DNA of 64,000 nt, taken from IMG/VR virus record IMGVR_UViG_3300025598_000020. One strand, written 5' to 3'. Positions within the stretch are counted from its first letter, which is position 1. Each line of letters begins with the position of its first letter. A model generated the notes under the pieces. It was given only the letters and a program-made list of their open reading frames with translations, was not told the origin of the DNA and made no database searches. The translations under genes and the position numbers were made by a program. Positions 1-5,618 of the stretch are shown here, piece by piece. Source of the DNA: a virus.

Positions 1-24
1 TGCTTCCACTACACTATAACCACC
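1..24 (-). tRNA. 5' part of a tRNA cut by the window edge (possibly His)
   Basis: Minus strand GGTGGTTATAGTGTAGTGGAAGCA resembles an acceptor 5' strand plus D arm with an extra G-1; anticodon is outside the window. Confidence 0.55.
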
Positions 25-25
25 A

Positions 26-143
26 TAGAATAGGTGAGGACTTATTATCCTCGTGACGTCCGTACCCGGCTGTTCCTTTCCGGTTCACTGGTAAATTCCA
101 GCTATACTTGGTGCGGCCTTTCGGTCCGTGCCGGACTATTCTA
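26..143 (-). ncRNA. Putative structured ncRNA in the tRNA array
   Basis: 8-bp closing stem TAGAATAG/CTATTCTA enclosing four hairpins, one GAAA-capped. Confidence 0.55.
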
Positions 144-149
144 AAGAAC

Positions 150-223
150 TGGAGCGGGATACGAGAATCGAACTCGTGTCCGAACCTTGGCAAGGTCCCG
201 TTCTACCATTTAACTAATCCCGC
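150..223 (-). tRNA. tRNA-Gly(GCC)
   Basis: Cloverleaf; anticodon loop TT-GCC-AA; TTCGA T-loop; U73; encoded CCA. Confidence 0.95.
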
Positions 224-230
224 TTTAATC

Positions 231-722
231 TTACAATGCTTCTGCCATTTCTTGTTCTGCCAGAATACGTTTCAAACGGTCTGCACAGAATGATGCTGCT
301 GGAGCATCTGGTTTAACCATTGGTGTCATGTTACAAGTGCCTTTTATATATCCAATTGCTTGTTGGACAACACAGGATGAACCATAAATGTCTTCTTTGT
401 TCAAGTCTAAGTGAACTTCAACATGATGGTCTTCCAGAACTTCCTGGAGACTTTGGAACAATTCTGAAACCTTATATACTTCTGTCATCAAACGCATAGC
501 AGGTTTAGATTTTTTATGGTCATAATCTAACTCACGTTCAACATAACCAAAGATTTTACAGCCATGACGGCCATCAATATGAACTACGACAGCCAAAGCA
601 TAATCTGCATACCATACACCATCAACACGAACTCTTTCTGAATCTGCACCAAGATAAACTTTAGTATCTGGTCCTTGTTTTTTTAAGAATTCTTTTACCG
701 CTTGAATGTCGAAATTTTTCAT
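231..722 (-). CDS. RNase H-like protein, YkuK family
   Basis: Motifs VYLGADS, RLMTEV, VEVHLDLN, KPDAPAASFCAD. Confidence 0.75.
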   Translation of the reverse strand: MKNFDIQAVKEFLKKQGPDTKVYLGADSERVRVDGVWYADYALAVVVHIDGRHGCKIFGYVERELDYDHKKSKPAMRLMTEVYKVSELFQSLQEVLEDHHVEVHLDLNKEDIYGSSCVVQQAIGYIKGTCNMTPMVKPDAPAASFCADRLKRILAEQEMAEAL

Positions 723-736
723 ATCAATCCTTAAAT

Positions 737-810
737 TGGCATCCCAGGAAGGACTCGAACCCTCACAAACGATTTTGGAGACCGTTGTGCTGCCATTACA
801 CTACTGAGAT
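737..810 (-). tRNA. tRNA-Trp(CCA)
   Basis: Cloverleaf; loop CT-CCA-AA; G73; CCA end. Confidence 0.93.
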
Positions 811-811
811 A

Positions 812-1006
812 TTATTTCTTTACTAATGGATTCTCCACATCATCATAGCGGAGTCCCAACTCATCCGAAATTCGAGCCAACTCATCAAGAGCCTTCTCTT
901 GTTTCGATTTCTTATCCTTACCAAATATTGCATCCCAATTACTAGCGAACTTTTCTTGAGATACACTATATGGTCTAGGACTTGAACCTTTGCCACCGTC
1001 ACTCAT
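812..1006 (-). CDS. Small hypothetical protein (MSDGGKGSSPRP...)
   Basis: AAGGAG Shine-Dalgarno upstream of ATG at 1006; fills the gap between two tRNAs. Confidence 0.7.
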   Translation of the reverse strand: MSDGGKGSSPRPYSVSQEKFASNWDAIFGKDKKSKQEKALDELARISDELGLRYDDVENPLVKK

Positions 1007-1025
1007 ATTTAACACTCCTTATAAT

Positions 1026-1101
1026 TGGCTCCCCTTCGTGGGTTCGAACCACGCTTCACGGATTAACAGTCCGCCGCCTACACCTAGTTTGCTTAAGGGG
1101 A
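1026..1101 (-). tRNA. tRNA-Asn(GTT)
   Basis: Cloverleaf; loop CT-GTT-AA; CCA end. Confidence 0.93.
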
Positions 1102-1108
1102 ATAAAAA

Positions 1109-1184
1109 TGGTCTCCGTAGAGGGATTTGAACCCCCACTACCTGCTCCCAAAGCAGGGGCGCTACCAGGTTACGCTATACGGAG
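1109..1184 (-). tRNA. tRNA-Pro(TGG)
   Basis: Cloverleaf; loop TT-TGG-GA; CCA end. Confidence 0.93.
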
Positions 1185-1189
1185 AAAAA

Positions 1190-1255
1190 TGGAGCAGTCA
1201 TTACGATTCCCACGTAAATGTTAGGTGGACCCTAACACGGTTACTATCCGACTGC
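1190..1255 (-). ncRNA. D-armless tRNA-like RNA with Gly-type acceptor end
   Basis: GCAGTCG/TGACTGC acceptor stem plus TCCA; anticodon-like arm with TCC; 5-bp T-like arm; no D stem. Confidence 0.65.
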
Positions 1256-1262
1256 AAAAAGA

Positions 1263-1336
1263 TGGTGCCCCATGAGAGAATCGAACTCCCGTACCCGGAT
1301 TACAAAACCGGTGTAATGCCATTATACTAATAGGGC
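1263..1336 (-). tRNA. tRNA-Thr(TGT)
   Basis: Cloverleaf; loop TT-TGT-AA; CCA end. Confidence 0.92.
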
Positions 1337-1353
1337 GTATACTTATATATCTA

Positions 1354-1427
1354 TGGTGGACCGTGAGAGAATCGAACTCTCAATCTCGGCTTGCAAAGCC
1401 GATGTTATCCCATTTAACTAACAGCCC
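1354..1427 (-). tRNA. tRNA-Ala(TGC)
   Basis: Loop TT-TGC-AA; G3-U70 identity pair; CCA end. Confidence 0.95.
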
Positions 1428-1434
1428 ATAAAAT

Positions 1435-1519
1435 TGGTGGAGACGACTGGAGTCGAACCAGTAGTGCCAGAGGCGGCGGATTTACAGTCCACTGGGGTTA
1501 CCAATTTTCCTACATCTCC
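1435..1519 (-). tRNA. tRNA-Tyr(GTA)
   Basis: Long variable arm; loop CT-GTA-AA; CCA end. Confidence 0.95.
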
Positions 1520-1524
1520 AAAAT

Positions 1525-1710
1525 TAGGATAAGCTACTTGTTTCCACACAAGCCCTTAATTGAGCGGTTACTCTGTCCATTCCTTTTATTCTACAGTCTG
1601 TGTGCAGAGGAATACTGCCTATCAGATTCTGGATTTCTCCGCTAACGGTCTTCTGCCACCGGATCTCTATCGTTAATCAAACGCCACTTTTACGAAAGTA
1701 GTAACGGGAT
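1525..1710 (-). ncRNA. Putative ~185-nt structured ncRNA between tRNA-Ile and tRNA-Tyr
   Basis: No ORF in the track; several hairpins and a long-range GTTACT/AGTAAC pairing. Confidence 0.55.
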
Positions 1711-1711
1711 T

Positions 1712-1785
1712 TGGTACCCAGTAGAGGTATCGATCCTCTGATTAACGCTTATCAAGCGTTTGTTATACCATTTAACTAACCGGGT
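1712..1785 (-). tRNA. tRNA-Ile(GAT)
   Basis: Loop TT-GAT-AA; variant T-loop ATCGATA; CCA end. Confidence 0.9.
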
Positions 1786-1790
1786 AAACT

Positions 1791-1865
1791 TGGCGGTCTA
1801 TAGGGGTAACGATCCCCTTCTTTTGGCGTGACAAGCCAACGTGCGTCCATGAACACTTACAGACC
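1791..1865 (-). tRNA. tRNA-Asp(GTC)
   Basis: Loop TT-GTC-AC; variant T-loop ATCGTTA; G73; CCA end. Confidence 0.9.
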
Positions 1866-1870
1866 TAAAT

Positions 1871-1953
1871 TGGTGCCCCAACCGAGACTCGAACTCGGAT
1901 GCCGAAGCAGTGGCTTCTAAGACCACCGTGTCTACCAATTCCACCATCGGGGC
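1871..1953 (-). tRNA. tRNA-Leu(TAG)
   Basis: Long variable arm; loop CT-TAG-AA; CCA end. Confidence 0.95.
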
Positions 1954-1963
1954 AAAAAACTTT

Positions 1964-2038
1964 TGGTACGGGTGGAGAATTTCGAAATCTCGACTCTCTG
2001 GTTAAAAGCCAGATACTCTGCCTCTGAGTTACACCCGC
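1964..2038 (-). tRNA. tRNA-Lys(TTT)
   Basis: Loop CT-TTT-AA; CCA end. Confidence 0.92.
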
Positions 2039-2042
2039 ATAC

Positions 2043-2170
2043 TACCATTTGTTTTGCTGACGCACTATTTGCTAAGTCTCAACGGAATTGGTGGCCACAC
2101 TACCGTTTATCGACAGAGTTACTCAAGGTTGACGTTTACCTCATGGCTTACATCAGCAAAACAAATGGTA
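2043..2170 (-). ncRNA. Putative structured RNA closed by an 18-bp perfect inverted repeat
   Basis: TACCATTTGTTTTGCTGA (2043-2060) pairs with TCAGCAAAACAAATGGTA (2153-2170). Confidence 0.55.
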
Positions 2171-2240
2171 TTCCGTACGAGGATCGAACTCGCCTGCGTA
2201 AGTTGAAAGCCTACTGACCTCACCAGAAGTCCAACGGAAT
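2166..2240 (-). tRNA. tRNA-Glu(TTC)
   Basis: Loop CT-TTC-AA; CCA end. Confidence 0.93.
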
Positions 2241-2255
2241 AAAAATACACTTAAC

Positions 2256-2268
2256 TTTTTAAAGAACA
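2256..2268 (-). promoter_or_regulatory. rrn-type boxA antitermination element
   Basis: TGTTCTTTAAAAA versus boxA consensus TGCTCTTTAACA, just downstream of a promoter. Confidence 0.7.
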
Positions 2269-2296
2269 ATTGATTGATTTCTCAATTCATGGATGA

Positions 2297-2324
2297 ATTA
2301 TAACACAACCAACAACTTTGTCAA
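2297..2324 (-). promoter_or_regulatory. sigma70-type promoter inside the tRNA array
   Basis: TTGACA-N16-TATAAT. Confidence 0.8.
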
Positions 2325-2350
2325 ACACTGTTGTAAAAATACAACAAACT

Positions 2351-2426
2351 TGGAGTACGTGACAGGAATCGAACCTGCATAAAACGGATTTGCAATCCGC
2401 ACCCTAACCGTTCAGGTCACACGTAC
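2351..2426 (-). tRNA. tRNA-Cys(GCA)
   Basis: Loop TT-GCA-AA; U73; CCA end. Confidence 0.93.
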
Positions 2427-2500
2427 ATGAATATGGCCCCGTTTTTTTGTCATTCTCATTGAGGTGTACGGGAGTTCCTCAAATCAGTTGCAACACAACT

Positions 2501-2590
2501 TGGTGGAGAGTCAGGGAGTCGAACCCTGTGACCGTATTACTACGGTCTACGGATTAGCAATCCGCTGCATTACCATCCTGCCCACTCTCC
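2501..2590 (-). tRNA. tRNA-Ser(GCT)
   Basis: Long variable arm; loop TT-GCT-AA; CCA end. Confidence 0.95.
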
Positions 2591-2592
2591 AT

Positions 2593-2660
2593 ATCTCAGT
2601 TTGGATTCGAACCTTGTTCTAGTATTGTCTATCTGCGCTTCCCACAGTGCTGACCGAGAT
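2593..2660 (-). pseudogene. Degenerate tRNA or tRNA-like element
   Basis: ATCTCGG/CTGAGAT acceptor-like stem, D-like arm and GGTTCGAATCC; no proper anticodon arm and no CCA. Confidence 0.5.
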
Positions 2661-2663
2661 GAC

Positions 2664-2753
2664 TGGCGGAAACGGTGAGATTCGAACTCACGGACCCTTT
2701 CGGATCGTCTGTTTTCAAGACAGGTGCAATCAACCGGACTCTGCCACGTTTCC
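2664..2753 (-). tRNA. tRNA-Ser(TGA)
   Basis: Long variable arm; loop CT-TGA-AA; G73; CCA end. Confidence 0.95.
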
Positions 2754-2853
2754 AATAAACCATATAGAAATACACTACCTTCACCCACTTACGATTGGCG
2801 TAACCAGCGGAAGTTAACAACCTGCTCATGTGTTGCTATAATGTATTTTTATA

Positions 2854-2929
2854 TGGCAGGGGAGATGAGATTCGAACTCATGATACTGATTTCAAAGACC
2901 AGTGCCTTAGGCCTCTAGGCGACACCCCA
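2854..2929 (-). tRNA. tRNA-Gln(TTG)
   Basis: Loop CT-TTG-AA; weak 1-72 pair; G73; CCA end. Confidence 0.9.
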
Positions 2930-3012
2930 ACATACTCAAATACACTAAAAAATATCTAATGCGTTTGAGTATGGCCACTCCTTGCGGAATGGCCAAAAAA
3001 GAATACACTTAA

Positions 3013-3025
3013 TTTTTAAAGAACA
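3013..3025 (-). promoter_or_regulatory. rrn-type boxA antitermination element
   Basis: Second TGTTCTTTAAAAA, at the head of the tRNA array. Confidence 0.7.
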
Positions 3026-3032
3026 AGGTTGA

Positions 3033-3061
3033 ATTCTAACAGACACGATGGTCTTTGTCAA
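3033..3061 (-). promoter_or_regulatory. sigma70-type promoter at the head of the tRNA array
   Basis: TTGACA-N17-TAGAAT. Confidence 0.75.
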
Positions 3062-3087
3062 CCGTGTGTTGTTTTTACGCAACACCA

Positions 3088-3122
3088 AATAAAAAAACCT
3101 CAGAACTTTCGTTGTGAGGTTT
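3088..3122 (-). terminator. Intrinsic terminator (attenuator hairpin)
   Basis: AAACCTCA-CAACGAAAGTTC-TGAGGTTT running into a U-tract. Confidence 0.85.
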
Positions 3123-3149
3123 AGTGAAATTTAATTAGATTTTATTCTG

Positions 3150-3254
3150 TTATGTTCCACTAACCCCGTTTACATGCGCCCATGGTTGATTATCGCTACC
3201 AATAAATGGTGTGCGATACTCACATGTTAACAATGATTTGGACGTGAAAAACAA
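3150..3254 (-). CDS. 34-aa putative attenuator leader peptide MFFTSKSLLTCEYRTPFIGSDNQPWAHVNGVSGT (not in ORF track)
   Basis: AAGGAG at 3266-3261, TTG start 6 nt later, TAA at 3152-3150; last codons are complementary to the terminator 5' arm. Confidence 0.75.
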   Translation of the reverse strand: MFFTSKSLLTCEYRTPFIGSDNQPWAHVNGVSGT

Positions 3255-3288
3255 AATAAACTCCTTAATATACTATTATATATGCAAC

Positions 3289-3807
3289 TTAATTTTTAGA
3301 AATTGGTTTTTTCCAATTAATCTTTCTTTTCTTCAATGGTTCTTCTGGATTTCTAAAGCCAGAAAATACTTCCCATAATCTTTCTTTATGAACAAACTTA
3401 GTTAATAGACCACTTTCCATACCGTGTGCTTCTATTTCCCAAGGATGGTCCCAATAATCCATATTATCGGAATCAATCTTTAAATCATGCCATTTACTTA
3501 ATGTTTCATTTGTATGACCATAAGCAAATTGCTTAATATGCACCATTTCATGTGCAATTGTTTCTAATATATTTGGTACTCCAATATCTGGATTAACTTC
3601 TATTAGAAACTCTCTAGGCATATTCCTAGAATTATAACCTTCAACATATGCATAACCAAATACTTGCATGTCTTTTTTGAATTTGATTACGATTGAAGTA
3701 TAATCCTGCATCTGCTTAGTTAATAAACTATCAGCATAAAACTTAGCGGCCCTATGAACATAGGGGGTAAAGTTTTTATCGGGACTTCCAACAATCTTAA
3801 TAGACAT
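3289..3807 (-). CDS. Putative zinc metallopeptidase (HExxH)
   Basis: IAHEMVHIKQ and YWDHPWEIEA motifs. Confidence 0.7.
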   Translation of the reverse strand: MSIKIVGSPDKNFTPYVHRAAKFYADSLLTKQMQDYTSIVIKFKKDMQVFGYAYVEGYNSRNMPREFLIEVNPDIGVPNILETIAHEMVHIKQFAYGHTNETLSKWHDLKIDSDNMDYWDHPWEIEAHGMESGLLTKFVHKERLWEVFSGFRNPEEPLKKRKINWKKPISKN

Positions 3808-3827
3808 AGATGCTCCTTAAAGAAGCC

Positions 3828-3856
3828 ATTATACACCTATTTAGAGTACTTGTCAA
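3828..3856 (-). promoter_or_regulatory. sigma70-type promoter
   Basis: Consensus TTGACA-N17-TATAAT upstream of 3807. Confidence 0.8.
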
Positions 3857-4316
3857 CCTCCACACCACACTGTTGTAAAAATACAACACCTTGGTCATTT
3901 CGGTAATCTTCTTTATAGAAAACCTTACGAATTCCTGCGGTAAATATCTGTTTTGCACAGTCAATACATGGTGCATGTGTCAGAAACATTGTGGAACCAT
4001 CACCTGATTCACTGGATTTAGCCAGTTTAGCAATGGCATTTGCCTCTGCATGGATGACTTCTGGTTTGGTTGTTAACTTATAGTTTATCCACTGATTTGC
4101 TTGTTTTGGAAGCAATTGTTCACTATAATCACCATCATCACAATAGTGTTTAGTTTCACATTCATTAGTCCAACCTGGCGGCATGCCATTATAACCAATA
4201 GAAATGATTCTATCATCTTTTACAATGATAGAACCAACTTTCAATCGGACGGCAGAACTTAGTCCGGCTGTCCGACTTGCAATGTCCATGAAATAATCAA
4301 TAAACTTCTGCTTCAT
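3837..4316 (-). CDS. cd: dCMP deaminase
   Basis: GYNG, HAEANAI and PCIDC zinc motifs. Confidence 0.92.
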   Translation of the reverse strand: MKQKFIDYFMDIASRTAGLSSAVRLKVGSIIVKDDRIISIGYNGMPPGWTNECETKHYCDDGDYSEQLLPKQANQWINYKLTTKPEVIHAEANAIAKLAKSSESGDGSTMFLTHAPCIDCAKQIFTAGIRKVFYKEDYRNDQGVVFLQQCGVEVDKYSK

Positions 4317-4322
4317 AATATA

Positions 4323-4397
4323 TGGTGCGACCAGTAGGATTCGAACCTACCCCGTAAGAATTATGAGTTCTCGGCACTACCTCTATGCTATAGTCGC
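4323..4397 (-). tRNA. tRNA with CAT anticodon (elongator Met or lysidine-modified Ile2)
   Basis: Loop CT-CAT-AA; paired G1-C72 so not initiator; CCA end. Confidence 0.9.
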
Positions 4398-4404
4398 TTA
4401 ATTT

Positions 4405-4536
4405 TTATTCCATCAAAACATAATCTTCTTTACTCACACCACATTCGGGGCAAGTAACAGAATCAGGTAAACTTAGATAATCTGCTTCAGACAAGGTGTG
4501 TCCACAAACGACACAAACATAAACACGTTCACCCAT
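4405..4536 (-). CDS. Rubredoxin, 43 aa (not in ORF track)
   Basis: MGERVYVCVVCGH...LPDSVTCPECGVSKEDY: two CxxCG motifs; starts immediately after the rubrerythrin stop. Confidence 0.88.
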   Translation of the reverse strand: MGERVYVCVVCGHTLSEADYLSLPDSVTCPECGVSKEDYVLME

Positions 4537-4537
4537 T

Positions 4538-4987
4538 TTAGATACCTCCTAATACTTTAATATATGCTTCTGCATGGCGTTTTTCAACTTTAGCCAATGC
4601 GGCAAAACGTTTTTCTGCCTTAGCCAAGATAGCGGCAAATTGTGCGGCATGTTCTTTAGACTCAGCAATCTGCTCTTGGATTTCTTTCTGTGCTTCGGTC
4701 TTACCCTCTGCAACTGCAATGGCTTCAAACTGAGGATACATTGTAGTAAACTCATATGTTTCACCATCAATAGCAAGTTGTAAGCATTCCTTAGTGGTTC
4801 GCTTACCGACCAACAATTCCAAATGACCCCATGCATGTTTGATTTCTTGATCGGCAGTTTCTTCAAAATGTTTTGCAACATCTTCAAAGCCTTCTGCACG
4901 AGCCAACTTGGCAAAGTAACGATATTTAATATGTGCAATTGACTCACCGGCCAATGCACTTTCTAGGTTTTTCAAAGTAACTGACAT
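4538..4987 (-). CDS. Rubrerythrin-family di-iron protein
   Basis: NLESALAGES, EIKHA, GETYEFTTMY and EKRHA motifs. Confidence 0.9.
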   Translation of the reverse strand: MSVTLKNLESALAGESIAHIKYRYFAKLARAEGFEDVAKHFEETADQEIKHAWGHLELLVGKRTTKECLQLAIDGETYEFTTMYPQFEAIAVAEGKTEAQKEIQEQIAESKEHAAQFAAILAKAEKRFAALAKVEKRHAEAYIKVLGGI

Positions 4988-5003
4988 TATAATTCCTTTA
5001 ATT

Positions 5004-5078
5004 TGGTCCGGCGTAGAGGAATCGAACCTCTATTAATAGCTTAGAAGGCTACTGTTCTATCCGTTGAACTAACGCCAG
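5004..5078 (-). tRNA. tRNA-Arg(TCT)
   Basis: Loop CT-TCT-AA; CCA end. Confidence 0.93.
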
Positions 5079-5084
5079 AAGATT

Positions 5085-5369
5085 TTACTTACTGTAATCC
5101 ACGACATTTACAAGATTCATCTTTTCTTGTGCAGACCAATTCTTCAAATAATCATTATCTATGTCAAACAAGTCCAGATATTCAATCTTAGAAAGTTCAC
5201 GACTTGAACTAATAATTTCATCCAGATGTTGTTGAGAAAACTCTTTGAGTTCTTCACCACCAGTGGTATGCATGGTTACTTCATCCAAGGCATGACCTTC
5301 TTCTTTACATTCCACGACATAACGCATACGAAACATTGAAATGGTTTCAACAAGATATAATTTAGACAT
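5085..5369 (-). CDS. Hypothetical protein
   Basis: Co-directional 94-aa ORF overlapping the upstream stop. Confidence 0.7.
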   Translation of the reverse strand: MSKLYLVETISMFRMRYVVECKEEGHALDEVTMHTTGGEELKEFSQQHLDEIISSSRELSKIEYLDLFDIDNDYLKNWSAQEKMNLVNVVDYSK

Positions 5370-5565
5370 TTCTCACCTTCTCCAAGGAGTCTTTACGAAC
5401 ATAATATAATTGTTTTGTACGGTTATCCGATGGATCAAATCTTGTAACAGGTAGAAACTCCACACCATCCACAAAATTAGAATCCCAAGACGAATAAGTC
5501 CAATAGAACTCCGTAGGGTTCAATCGGCTACGCATTTTGATTGGATTGTTTTCAACTTTTTTCAT
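5362..5565 (-). CDS. Hypothetical protein (start reassigned to MKKVENN)
   Basis: ATG at 5565 lies just downstream of a TTGCCA-N17-TATACT promoter (5604-5576). Confidence 0.6.
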   Translation of the reverse strand: MKKVENNPIKMRSRLNPTEFYWTYSSWDSNFVDGVEFLPVTRFDPSDNRTKQLYYVRKDSLEKVRNV

Positions 5566-5618
5566 GATGTTGAGAAGTATATCACAAGAAGGGGACTTTG
5601 GCAAGCCCCCTTGTTCAC

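Noticed and set aside
1525-1710. RNase P RNA, tmRNA, hammerhead or HDV-like (theta) ribozyme identity for the spacer RNAs
   Set aside because: No GAGGAAAGUCC core, no tag frame with tRNA-Ala-like ends, no CUGAUGA core, and no convincing nested double pseudoknot by eye
2434-2475. Small hairpin ending in CCA (UCCCGU...ACGGGGCCA)
   Set aside because: Only about 6 bp and no T or anticodon arm; could be chance
737-2753. Possible suppressor tRNAs or alternative genetic code (anticodons TAG, TGA, CCA)
   Set aside because: These anticodons read CUA, UCA and UGG; no CTA/TCA/TTA anticodon is present and core genes are intact in code 11
108-2918. Short ORFs in the track overlapping the tRNA array (e.g. 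108-293, 982-1224, 1127-1330, 1963-2217, 2570-2829, 2724-2918)
   Set aside because: They overlap well-formed tRNA genes, mostly antisense, and have no recognisable protein motifs
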